Assembly (NCBI GenBank): GCA_016748015.1
Contig: JAAOMT010000201.1
Coordinates: forward strand, 129,153 to 193,152
Source: Geosiphon pyriformis uo1
Lineage: Eukaryota; Fungi; Glomeromycota
Reading direction: 5' to 3'
DNA: 64,000 nt
Below the pieces are notes generated by a model. It did not search any database. It was not told the DNA's origin and worked only from the letters and a program-made list of their open reading frames with translations. The position numbers were made by a program, and so were the translations under genes. The number at the start of each line of letters is the position of its first letter. Position 1 is the first letter of the stretch. Positions 40,080 to 52,122 of this stretch are shown one piece after another.

Positions 40080-40829
40080 TGTTACAGGTGATTTTTTGGG
40101 GTGTCGAGTGAATAACAAATTCATAACTTGGTGCTCAAAGCAATTAGTGTGGATAATAATCTGAAGGTATTTTATCTAAAAGTTTTCCAATCGAGTTCTT
40201 TGTATAATGGACAGAAATTCAATAATAACAGTTTATCAGTAGTTTTCTGAAACCATAGTTTTGTCGATTGCTTGTTCAGCTTGATGGTTGATGATTCTCC
40301 TGGTACAATATCCTCCGTAAGTGTATACTAGTGCTGTTTTCTGATGTCAGTTCCTCTGTAAGTTCTCCAAAAGTAAGTATTGTTTAAGCAAGTTTATTCC
40401 TCTGTAAGTCTTCTAAGAGTAAGTATTGTTTTAAGTAAGTTTTATTTCTCTGTAAGTCCTCCAAAAGTAAATCTTTTAATCAAGTTAGTAGACAACAAAG
40501 AAAATAAAGAAAAGATAAAAGAGAAAATAAGAAATAAGCCAAGGCAAGTTGCAAGTTAGTATCCTGTTAATAGCCGTGATAAAGAGCTATTGTTCCAGTA
40601 TGATTAAGTATCAGTTACTATCAACATGAAGTGTTGATAGTGGAGAATAAATTTGATCTAGTGAATAATTATTTATTTGAGGATTGTGGTAACTAAGCTA
40701 AGAATTCTTGGTGTTGATTTTGTTTTTTCTGCTTCTACTGCTACTGCTATATATATATATTTGAGATTCCTCAATTCTTCAATCTCTACTTGCTAATAAT
40801 AATATACTTCCTCTATTTTATGAGTAACA
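40080..40829 (-). repeat. E3 5' LTR (750 bp; U3 array deleted)
   Basis: Adjacent to the PBS; matches 20564-21492 except for a ~180 bp deletion. Confidence 0.93.
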
Positions 40830-40833
40830 CTGG

Positions 40834-41694
40834 AAGAAAGAAAGCCTATTAAAAAAAAAAGAAAAAACGTGACCTAAAGAAAAACATGATGAAACATGAA
40901 GAGACACAGAATAGTGCGCTATAATGTTGGATAACATGTTATAACACGGGATAACATAGAATAATGTGTAATAATGTCAGATAACATGTTATAACATAGG
41001 ATAATTAGTTATAACATAAGAAAAACAAAGTGATAGCTAGCAAAAACAGACAATCCAAAGCAATCCTGTAAAACTAGAAAATACACATATATAGCAGTAG
41101 TATTAGAAGCAAAAAAAAAAAGCAGAGACAGAAATTTTTTAGTTACTATTCTCTAGTTAGAAACCATAGTATTCTAAAATATCAATAAATATACTTATTT
41201 AGTATCTCAAATCTAGTTGTTCACTATCAATCCTGAATGATAATAGTAATTGATACTTAAAATACATGGGAACAATAGCTCTTGATCACGGCTATTGACA
41301 GAATACTAACTTACATTGTCTTGGCTTATTGTCTTTATTTTTTTTTATTTTTTTTATTTTTGTCTTTATTTTGTTGTGTATACTAACTTGATTAAAAAGA
41401 TTCATGTGCAAAAGTACTAACATTAAGATATAGCACTAGTAAAAGACCTAGGAATAAGGATAGATATTTAGAATTGAAAATATCTTACCAGAAGAATTAC
41501 TGGCCATCACATTAAGAAAAAAATTGACAAAACTGCAGTTTTGGGAAGCTATGAATAAAACAATTAATTAAATCTCTGTTTATTATACAAAAAACTCAAC
41601 CAAAATCTTCAGATATTACCAACTGTATTAGCAACTAAGCACCAAGTTACAGGTTTGTTATTTGACTTGAGACCCCAAATAATCACTTGTAACA
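40834..41694 (+). repeat. Shared chimeric LTR (3' LTR of E1 and 5' LTR of E1b); its first 9 bp lie at 20555-20563
   Basis: Preceded (across E3) by the E1 PPT and followed by PBS 41697-41713 and a new gag. Matches the E1 5' LTR up to ~41386, then diverges. Confidence 0.88.
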
Positions 41695-41759
41695 TTTGGT
41701 GCTCTCTGTGAGGTATAATTCTACAGAAAACCAACACTAATAAACACCCATCCAAAACA

Positions 41760-44700
41760 ATAGCAGAATCCAAAGAAATAGGAACAAACCATTTGGGATT
41801 TGCAAAATCTTTATTCCAATACTATTACATTCATTCCAGATTAACAAATAATAGTTGGCCAACAGAATCAGCTTTCAATTGCTACATCAATAAAAAAATT
41901 ATATATCATTTAGAAGGCCAAAGAGATCCAGAATCCATCTTCAACAATTTTTTTAGTGAACTACTCCAAAGCATTACCCTTCCACAAAACTACTTATTTG
42001 CACCCTTAATTACAGAAATAAACAGGGAAATTAAAAAATACACCAAGCAAAGATTTCCTATCACTTTTGATGACAAAAAAAAAAGAAGATTACAAACACC
42101 AGCAGAAACACCAAAACAAATTCAATTACCTACATGGAAGAAACAAAAATTTGATTTACTTGCTAATTCATTATATCATTACACACCCAGAAGTATTATC
42201 AACATAATAAGTACAACTATAGCAAGTGTGATAACACCATTAAACAGAATCCCATTCCAAAGTAAACAAAAGAAAGCAGAGCTATTAGAAACATATAACA
42301 ATTATTTTAAGTGATTTAAATTGCAATCTTCAATGCCATCAGAAATTTGATTACCACTACCACAACCAGATTTCAGAACTGTTAGTCCTTGGGAAATAAC
42401 TGACTTTGAGGAAAAGAAAGATAGCAATCAAAAAATTAGCAAGTAAAACCCAATCTTAAAAAACCCGGAAAATCAAACTCCAAATATTCAAACTCCAGAA
42501 AATCAGAATGATCTAAATTCTGACATAATTAATTAGCAAAACTTACCTCCAATAATTGAGATCAATCTATTACTCATCTCACCAATTGCTGAATAGTAAC
42601 AATAGCCACAACTACTACTCCAACAACAAATCCAGCAGTGACCACAACAACAACTAATGGTCTATGCTTCAATCACCAAAATAGAAAAATTTATCGGCAA
42701 AAAGAATAATGCCCAAGTATGGCTCAATAATGTAGAAAAAGCCATTGCAGCCAATGAATGGAATGATAACAGAGCCTTTTAAGCGATTCCCTATTTTCTA
42801 CAAAATATTACCAACTTGTGATATCAAAGTTTAGCCACCAAATCTCAAACATTTCAGAAATTTAAAATTGCATTCTTGAGATATTTTAGTAATAACAACA
42901 GTATTAATTGCTTAACCAACACCTTTACCACAATTAAACAAGGAGAAACTAAAGCAGTTACTACTTACTTGGGATACTTCTACAGAAACTTGTGCCAAAT
43001 TTAAGCAATCCAAGCTGATTAATTTACAGCACCACAGATCCTGAACCAGTTTATCTGTGGTCTGTGCAGTAACCTTCTTCAATGCATATGACTATTACAT
43101 CTGGCAACACTTTAAGATGCAGTTACATAGACCAGAGACTTTAAATTAACTAAATTAAAAGTTAACTATGCCCAAGCCATAAATTTAGTCATGAACAGAT
43201 CATTTGACTTGGATTCCAAATTGAAACAATTCAGTAATTCAATTAATCAGAAATTAGAAGGATATTTAGCTAACAATTGCATAATTTATCAGCCACCTTA
43301 ATAATGCAATAATTCTGGAAACATGAATTGCTTTCAAAATCAATTGCATTCTTTTTCATCATCCAATCAGCTGTGGCAACAAAAGACATGTATCTGTTAC
43401 AATTGTAGTAAACAAGACTATTTGAGAATTGACTGCTGTTTTTATAATAATAACTTACAATTGGGAAATCAATATCAAAACCCTGATTGCTGGTTTCAAA
43501 CTCTGAATCAATACCCAAATCAGGATCCATACTTATCTTATTACATCCAAATGACACAACAACTAATTTATCAACTACTTGTATATCAAGCTCCAATTTA
43601 TTAACCAACCACATCCATTATTTATCAACTACAGCCACAAATAATATATAAAACCTCATAAATTCCCACACTACCACTAAACTCAGCTCAGATGACATCA
43701 GAAAATCCCAGATTGAGAGTAATCCAAAACTGGAGGTTGGCAATGGTTGTCTACCAACTGATTTCCAGTTCTTTTAACCAATCTTCAGTGTTACAGATAA
43801 TTATTTGGGGTCTCAAATCAAATAACAAACCCATAACTTAATGCTCAATTGATATAATAGTGTTGGTAATATCTGAAGGTTTTGGTTGAGTTCTTTGTAT
43901 AATGGACAGAAATTCACTATGGTTGGTTTTAATTGATTTCTCAAGTCATTTTCCCAATTTTTGTCTTCAGCATGATGGCTAGTTTAATCTGACAGTCATG
44001 CCCTTCTGGTAAGCTATCTATTAATATATATAATTCTACCCTTATTTTTGGGTCTTTTACTAGACTATCTTTGACATCAATTATTCAGTGTTTAATCTTT
44101 TTAATCAGTAGTAAATCAACAAACAAAAGAAAAAAAAAGAAAAAAAAAGAAAATAAAATAAAATAAAAGAAAATAAAAAAAAAATGAAAAGAAAATAAGA
44201 AATTAGTATCCCATCAATAGCCATGATCAAGAGCTATTGTTCCAGTATGGTTAAGTGTTGAATTTTATCAACATGAAGTGTTAATAAATAGAAGAGTGAT
44301 TATAGTTTCAAACAAATAACAATAACATGGATTTGAAAAATTGGAGAGATCTTTTATTTATATAATTCCATTTTGGTTGATAGCAACTATTCTTGAAATG
44401 AGGGTTAATAAATAGAGAAGAAAGAGGATTGTTCTAAATTAATAAAACTCTATTGAATTCTTCAAGAATTCTTGAATTCTCCTGGAATTACTTTTTCTGC
44501 TTTTAACACTCTTGCTATATATATATATAATTTATGTTATACAAGATTCTGCACATTCGTGAGCAATATGCCATGATTTCTTAAGCAATGTTTATATTGC
44601 TGAGCAATGTGCCTGTAATTTCTGACAATGTGTTTATTGCTGAACAATATGCTGTGATTCTCTAACAATACTTCACATTGCTGAGCAATGTGCTCATGTG

Positions 44701-47700
44701 CTAAATACTATTCTCTTATTAATCTATTTTTCCTATCTGTTTTTCCTACTATTTTTTTGTATTTTTTTTCTATGAGTAACATCGGGATCATGTCAGTGGA
44801 GTTCAAGAACTGGGTATACTCAAAACCCGAGTTTGCAGAACTATTTAAGCCTCTTAGTTGCCCCAAAAGATGTTTCATTTAATAATGTAAAAACCAACCA
44901 AACACAACTACTTACCACCAACAACATTCTACCAGTTACTATTATGGAAGATGAGTCATTTACAGCTATATTTCCCTTCGAAATTAAAGAACTGTCAGAA
45001 ATTCTTTTGTTCAGTGAAGCTGTACTTGAGGAAAAACCCATTACAGTAATGTACACTAACACCAAAATTGATGGCCATTCCATCAAACTGATCCTAGATA
45101 GTGGATTTGCTGGCAGCATAATCACAAGACAGCTTATGGACCAATTAAATTGTTGAGTTGATCAAGCTGCCAGTGCAAGGATAATTACAACTGATAAAGC
45201 CATCAAGACTTCAATTAGTGAAATAGATGATTTACCCATCAAAGTTAACAGCATTATAGTACTGATCAAGATATTAGTTATGGAAGCCACTTAATACTAA
45301 GTACTTGTTGGTAATGACTGGCTGTTTAAAATCAATGTGACACTCAATTGGAACATTCAAGAGCTCAAGCTTAGCCAAAATGATTAACACACACATGTAC
45401 CAGCCATGTGTGGCCACTTTAAGTCTATTATCATGCCATCAGCACCACTCATTAAATTCGAGGAAGAAGAAAGAAAACCTATCTGAAAAGTCTACCAAGT
45501 TTTATGGGCTGACAAAGATCATAACAAGTTACCACTGATACTCTCTTGGGATGACAATGAGAAAAAAAAGCAGAAAAAAAAACTTATCTGGAATTCTGAC
45601 CAAGTCTAAAGAACTAACAATGACCAGAAAGAGCTAATAATTTGGGAGAGAGAAGAAAACAATAAGGAAAAAAAAAAAGAGAAAGAAGAAGAAACAACAC
45701 CTACCAACACCACTATTTATAACTCCTACACCTATACTACACCACAATAATCTACATATCACTGACCAAAGCTCATATGTATTAATTGCAGTAAAAAATT
45801 GTCATCAATGGACACATACTGTAGTAACAATAAGAAATACCATATGACAATCAAGTTTTATTGCCATCCATGTGTCCTTAAATGCTTTGAAAGACCTAAA
45901 CAAGTTGGAAAATAGGATAATGAATTATGCTTAGCTTGTGGAGAAACTTTTTTAGACAAAGAAATATGAAATGACATTTCTGGGCAAAGAGAAACATATG
46001 ATGAATTATGTTAATACACAATTCTAATAAATAATTGGATAAGAAAAAAAACACCAATAGAAACAGTCTGGAGATAAGCAGTCAAATGTCTGAATGGCTG
46101 TCTATACAATGACAACAAAATCTGGTGAATGGCACTTGCCAAAATTGAAGAAGCATCACCAGAAAAAATAAAAACAATTAAAAATAACTCACCTGAACCC
46201 ATAGAACTTGACTGAAACTCAAAACCAGTTATCAATCTTCTGGATCCAGAACAATTTCATAAACACTACCAAGAATTAACATCCACAAGAGAGGAGCAAG
46301 AGCAATGCTTAGAACAGCTAAACACTTAACTGTGTTAATACTGCCTAATTTCATGTGACTTTTAATATTGTAATAAGTGTGATTTCATTTACAATCCACC
46401 ACCATACATGATCTACACAATCTTGGAAAAAGAAAAACCAATCAGCAGCTGTACATCAGAATTAGAATCAACTTTTAATTTTGATTCAAACTTTGACAAC
46501 AATGATGATGAAAACAATGATTCCAGTTCCATTCAAAATGGCAATAAAAATAACAATGATTTAGACTTTGATTCAAACCCCAAAACATACATCACACTCT
46601 CTGATCTTACTAAGGAGCAAGAACTGAAATAGTTTAGCAATAATAATGAAAGTATTATGTCAGAATGTGTGCATAATACCAATGCAGAGTTTAATCTGAG
46701 ATATCCTGGAAAAAATGCCATCAAATTGGAACCACATTCATGCATCTGCATTGATTTTAAAGTAGTACTAGAAATTCCAGCAACAACAATAATTTAACTA
46801 ACATCTAGAAATAACCTAGCAAAAAAGAGAATCAACATCAGAGGAAAAATAATTGACACAGAATATGTAAGAAATATCATTGCAATGCTACAAAATGACT
46901 CAAAAAAAACCTATATCATAGAGCCAAATGAAAAGATAACACAGGCAATATTCCTGCCTCTGGTTAAAATAGCTCAATTAGTATCAGTAGAAAACAGAGA
47001 AGAATTAGGGATTACAGCTAAAGAAATACAGGGTTTCGGATCCATGAGTAGGATAGATGTACCAATTAATATGGCAGAGGAAAAAATTGTTGACAAAGAA
47101 GAAATTATCTCCACCTGTCAATCAATTTCCATTTCATCATATGATCAGTACATGGTAGTCATAAAGAGAAAAAATAAAGAATCAGGTTTAGATTTTTGAG
47201 ACAGAAACAGCATTTTGTAAATTAGGAGAAATTAGATTAGTTAATTTATACATACCAGCCAAAAACCACAAACACATTAAAATTCTTATTTACAACAACA
47301 TAGGAGATATCATTAAGATACCAGAAGGAACCACCATTGGATATCTAATCACCAAAATTGAAGACCAACTGCCAAATGCCATTTCAGATTTTCCACAATT
47401 GTGTGAATATGTAGATATCACATCACAAACAATATATGGATGAAAAGAATATTATTTGCTCTAACTAGAACAATTGAAACAAATAAACTTGGGAAATTTA
47501 GACCCACTACAACATATGCAGCTCAAGATGTTACTCAACAACTTTAATAACATCTTTGCCAGCAAAAATGAATTTGGCCAAATGGATATTATTCAACATC
47601 AAATAAAAATAGGAGATACAATACCAATTAAGCAAAGAGCATACAGAGTATTACCAGCCAGCCATAAGATCATTTGTCAAGAAATCAATTGGATGCTTGA

Positions 47701-48882
47701 AAACAGGCTAATTCAATTATCAATGAGCCCATGGTCATCACCAGTGGTACTAGTTTGTAAGAAAAATGGGAAAATTCACTTTTGTGTAAATTACCAGAAA
47801 CTGAATGAAGTAACTAAAGATGATAGCTATTCAACTCCAAAGATCCAAGAATTGTTTGACACTTTTGGCAGAAAAAAAGGGTTCTCAATTCTAGACTTAG
47901 ACAGTGATTATTGGCAAGTAGCCATAAAACCAGAAGATAAAGAGAAAACGGCTTTTACAACTCAAGAAAAAAATTTTGAATTTAAAGTAATGCTATTTGG
48001 CTTAATGAATACTCCTGTCACATTTTAATGACTCATAGAAATTGTCTATACTGGATTGCTATGAAAATCAGTAGTTGTATACTTGGATAACACCAATGTG
48101 TTCTCAAAAATATTTGATGATCATCTACATTATCTCCAACAAGTATTTAAAAGACTCAAACAAGCAGGATTGAAATTAAATGCAAACAAATGTTTCTTTA
48201 GAAAAACTGAACTCAAGTTTTTAGAACATGTTGTGAGCAAAGATAGTATAAAAATGGATCCAGACAAGATTGAAGTAGTCAAAAACTTTCCAGTACCAAC
48301 CAACTTGACAGAACTAAAAACATTCTTGAGATTTGCCAAATACTACTACCACTTTATCAAAAACTTTTCAAAAATAGCTTAGCCATTACACCAGCTTCAA
48401 TCAAAAACCACCAAGTATAATTGATGAAAACCCAGCAAGAAGCATTTGACATATTAAGAAGAAAGCTTATTCAAGTTTCAATGTTGATGTATTCAGATCA
48501 CAGCAAACCATTTATCATTATCACTGATGCATCAAGTTAAGCATTGGGAGCAGTACTATCACAGAGAGAACCAGATGGAAGAAAACATTCAATAGCATAT
48601 GTCAGCCAAAGTTTGAGTTCAACTGAAAAAAACTATAGAATACCAGCACTAAAATACTTAGCAATCTATTGGGCAGTTATAAAATAAAAGGAATACTTAA
48701 GCCAAAAGTTTGAAGTGTATACTAATCATAAGGAATTGACTTCAATCCAGAAGCAAGAATTTGAAGACAATCACCATGCCAGATAGAAAATAGAACTTTC
48801 ACCATTTAATTATACAGTACATTACAAAAAAAGAAAAAAAAACAGAAATGCTGATGATTTGTCATGAATAAAACAAATCTAA
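41760..48882 (+). pseudogene. gag-pol: E1b gag-pol, broken and split by the solo LTR
   Basis: GFAKSLFQ gag N-terminus, LILDSGFAGSII, GIT..IQGFGS, WSSPVVLV..LDLDSDYWQV. Confidence 0.87.
43789..44781 (-). mobile_element. Solo LTR (993 bp, family A)
   Basis: TGTTAC...GTAACA ends, TSD TCAG/TCGG, no internal region; E1b coding sequence continues on both sides. Confidence 0.9.
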
Positions 48883-48914
48883 AAAAACATTTCAACCCAA
48901 AAATATAACAAAAA

Positions 48915-50291
48915 ATGAATATACAAAAATACCAACAGCTATAATATTATATAAATACCCAATTGTTCAAAAAGAAATTATCTTAAAAAGAACAAAACAA
49001 CATAAAACAACAATCAAAATATTTTATTAACCACCAAAATATACTTTACCAAAAAAACAAAAAAAATCCAGATCAATCAACCAGAGTAATTACAGAACCA
49101 AAGAAAGAAACAATATTATTCAACATGCACTCAGATCCAACAGCAGGACATTTTCACAAAGAAGCAATCATAAAAAGAATCAGAAAAAGATATTATTGGC
49201 CATCAATATACCCAGACATTATCCAATATGTTCAAAATTGTAATGCTTGTCAAAGAAAAAGTGGAACAAAACCCAGTAAACCATTAAGACCAATCAAAGT
49301 AAGACAACTATTCAATTATATCAGGATTGATTTAGTTGGTTTATTAACAATCATCAGCAGAGATAACAGATATATTGCAGTAGCCATAAATTATCTTATA
49401 AAATGGCCAGAAGCAAAAGCCATTTAAAGAACAGATGCAGAATTTGTTGCCAAATTTGTTCATCAAGATTTGATCTGTTGACATGGATGTCCAAAAGAAC
49501 TACTATCAGATCAAAGAACCCACTTTGTGAATAAAACATTGGTGGAGTTAAGTCAAAAATTTGGGATAAAAAAACCATTATTATCATCATACCATCCACA
49601 AACAAATGGGTTAATTAAACAGTTTAACTGAACATTATGTAAAGCAGTAGCCAAGATCAGTCAAAAAAACCAGGATAAATGGGATTTGTTCATACTATCA
49701 GTATTATTTGCTTATCAGACAATAAAACAAAACACTACACAAGCAACACTATTTGAATTAGTATACAGTAGAACAGCAATATTACCAGTTGAGATAGAAG
49801 TCAAAACATATCCAACAGAACCAATAACAGAAGAGAATTTTTAGAGAACATTGTTAAAAAAAACATATAACTTAATGGAAACATTAGAAAACACATGGTA
49901 AAAAACAGCTGACAATATACAAAAATCACAAAAAAAACAAAAAAAAAGACATAATAACCAACTACCAGAGAAACCAGTTAAATTCAAAATTGGAGACAAA
50001 GTACTTTTACATCATACTAAAGTGGAAAAACAATAAAGTGGAAAATTTGACCCCAAATAAGATGGACTATTTTACATAAAAAAAATTCTTAGAAATAGAG
50101 CTTATAAATTAAGGTTGAACAACAAAATCTTAACCAAAGCAGTACATAATGATCAACTAAAACAATATCACTATCTAGCATCATTATTTACTAGTAATAT
50201 TCCACAATTAAGAATACAGAAAATACTAGTCAAACTAGATGACATTCCACGAGATCTAAAACCAATTATAATCATTAAACAAAACACATAA
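48915..50291 (+). pseudogene. int: E1b integrase (separate ORF), broken
   Basis: MHSDPTAGHF..CNACQ..IDLVG..KWPEAKAI. Confidence 0.87.
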
Positions 50292-50331
50292 AATTGAATA
50301 ACCAAAAGAGTATATAAAATATGGTATACGT

Positions 50332-51313
50332 TGTTACTGGAGGTTTTTGGTCTCTTTTCTTAAATGTTGTTGATGCTTGTTTGCTGTGAATTCACGTTTT
50401 CTGGATGTGGTTGAACCTCCAGTAACTGAATTTATCTTCAAATTATCTCCTATAATTTGAATTGCTGGGCTTATAAGTGGAATGGCCAATTCTGTGCCAG
50501 TTACTTTATGTAGTTACGTTGTAGTAAACGTCAACTCTTTCCCAGGAATTGCTCATCTGGAAGCTCACTAAAATGTATAGTTACTTTGCTGTGAAAGTCA
50601 ACTCTTCTACAGAAATCTTGTCTGTAGGCTACCCTAATGATTATAGTAAGAAAAATAAAAATAAAAAAATAAAAAAATGTAAAAGAAATGAAATTCTGTC
50701 AAGAAAAACATTTTCAATCCAGGCCTGAAGTCACTAACAGATTATTGAAATTGGTAGCTAATCAATTTCAAAACTTTAGTTGGGTTTTGAGGATTTTCCA
50801 AGTGCAATAATTAAAGAATTTGGTTTTTTGAATTATTTGATATTTATTTTTTTTTGTGTGTGTAGGAATGGTTCTAAGTGATAAATCTAAAGTAAGATAC
50901 ATTTTTTCGAAGAGAGAAGCTCTTCTTTTTATACAACTTGTCGTAACACTATTCTATGAACTTGAACTTTGCTATTTTCTACAATTTTGCTGAATTAAAG
51001 ATACATTTCAGCAAATTACAAGTTATTTCTGCAAACTATTAGATATTTTGGTGAACTATCAATTATTTTGGCAAATTTCTATAAATTTCGGTGAACTTTT
51101 GAATGTTACATAGTTCGGGGTATTGCATGATTGATCATTGCAATTAGGTTACATTTGTGTTGTGTACAATTTGGGTTATTAATTAAATGATAATTTTGGA
51201 CATTTTTGCTAATGTAATAAGTGATAATTTGAAACGATAATATATGCTAATTAATGATAGGAATTATAAGATAGTTTCATGCTCAATGATATCTCTAATT
51301 TCGTCTGGTAACA
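50332..51313 (-). repeat. E5 3' LTR (982 bp)
   Basis: TGTTAC...GTAACA ends; homologous to 56904-57694; no obvious similarity to family A LTR bodies. Confidence 0.88.
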
Positions 51314-52010
51314 TAACCTCCTCCTCAAGACTGAGCTCTATTGAAGTCCAAGTACTGTTTGTTATTTCCAGATAATAATCCAAAATTATTGAAGAAATTT
51401 GGTCTGAAAATTGTTGAAATTTCAGTTCTGTGAACTTTTCAATATATTGAATCTTCAAAGGTTGAAAAATTGGGTTTTGTAGTACATTTTCACAGGTGTA
51501 GAATAGGTCATAAAGTCTAAGAGCAGCTTTAAGCCTGTAGCAACTGTTTGTTGATCCAGCTATTGTCTTGAATTTGTTGTGGAGTTGTTTCTGAATAGCT
51601 TCTTTTGTAAGGTTTGTTGTTGTAAGTTCCAGTTTCTGTTCGTAGAGTGTTTTTCCAATATGAAAATATCTATAGATTGGAGGATATTCAGTGTTTTCCT
51701 TATTCAGACACAGTTGAAGTCTTTGTTGAATTGTAGCATTTAGTGGAATACTAATCAGAGTGAGCATTAGATTTTCTCTTAAAGCAAGCTTTAAAAGTTC
51801 TGGCAGGTGAATTCCAGTATAACTTCTTGTGTTCTTTTTATACGGGTGATATTTTCGTGAATTTGGGGCTAAATTTGTAACTACTTTTGTTTGGGTATAA
51901 TTAATGTGGTTTCCAGTAATGGTAATGAATAATTCGGGTATTGTTTTTAAAGCTAACATTAGTTTTTGAGATAATTGTTGAATGTTTTGAGGAATAGTCA
52001 TTATAAGCAA
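51264..52010 (-). CDS. E5 ORF3, open ~245 aa protein of unknown function; runs through the PPT into U3
   Basis: Uninterrupted ORF (first ATG 52001), colinear with 57675-58382 with conservative substitutions. Confidence 0.8.
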   Translation of the reverse strand: MLIMTIPQNIQQLSQKLMLALKTIPELFITITGNHINYTQTKVVTNLAPNSRKYHPYKKNTRSYTGIHLPELLKLALRENLMLTLISIPLNATIQQRLQLCLNKENTEYPPIYRYFHIGKTLYEQKLELTTTNLTKEAIQKQLHNKFKTIAGSTNSCYRLKAALRLYDLFYTCENVLQNPIFQPLKIQYIEKFTELKFQQFSDQISSIILDYYLEITNSTWTSIELSLEEEVMLPDEIRDIIEHETIL

Positions 52011-52122
52011 TTTGAAATAAAAGAAAATTATTTTTGGTGCATAGGTTTTTATGTTATTTTTGTTTTGTTTTTGTGAGATTGTTTTTAAATTATAAGAAGA
52101 TAACTATAATAATTAATTTAAA

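Larger units (their letters stand above)
20564..40829 (-). mobile_element. E3: full-length Ty3/gypsy element (family A), inserted in the E1/E1b shared LTR and interrupted by E4
   Basis: LTRs 20564-21492 and 40080-40829, perfect TSD CTGG (20560-20563, 40830-40833), PBS 40061-40077, PPT 21493-21507. Confidence 0.93.
1317..41694 (+). mobile_element. E1: Ty3/gypsy LTR retrotransposon (family A), interrupted by E2 and by E3/E4
   Basis: 5' LTR 1317-2234, PBS 2237-2253, gag-PR to 4974, resumes after E2 at 14968 in register (..FKTTTT|VPLIEFEEE..), then dUTPase-RT-RH, IN, ORF3, PPT ~20538-20554. The 3' LTR is split: 20555-20563 plus 40834-41694. Confidence 0.9.
41695..50331 (+). mobile_element. E1b: second internal region in tandem with E1; interrupted by a solo LTR and by E5; 3' end outside the window
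   Basis: PBS, gag 41760-43788, PR-CysRich-dUTPase-RT-RH 44786-48882, IN 48915-50291. Confidence 0.88.
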
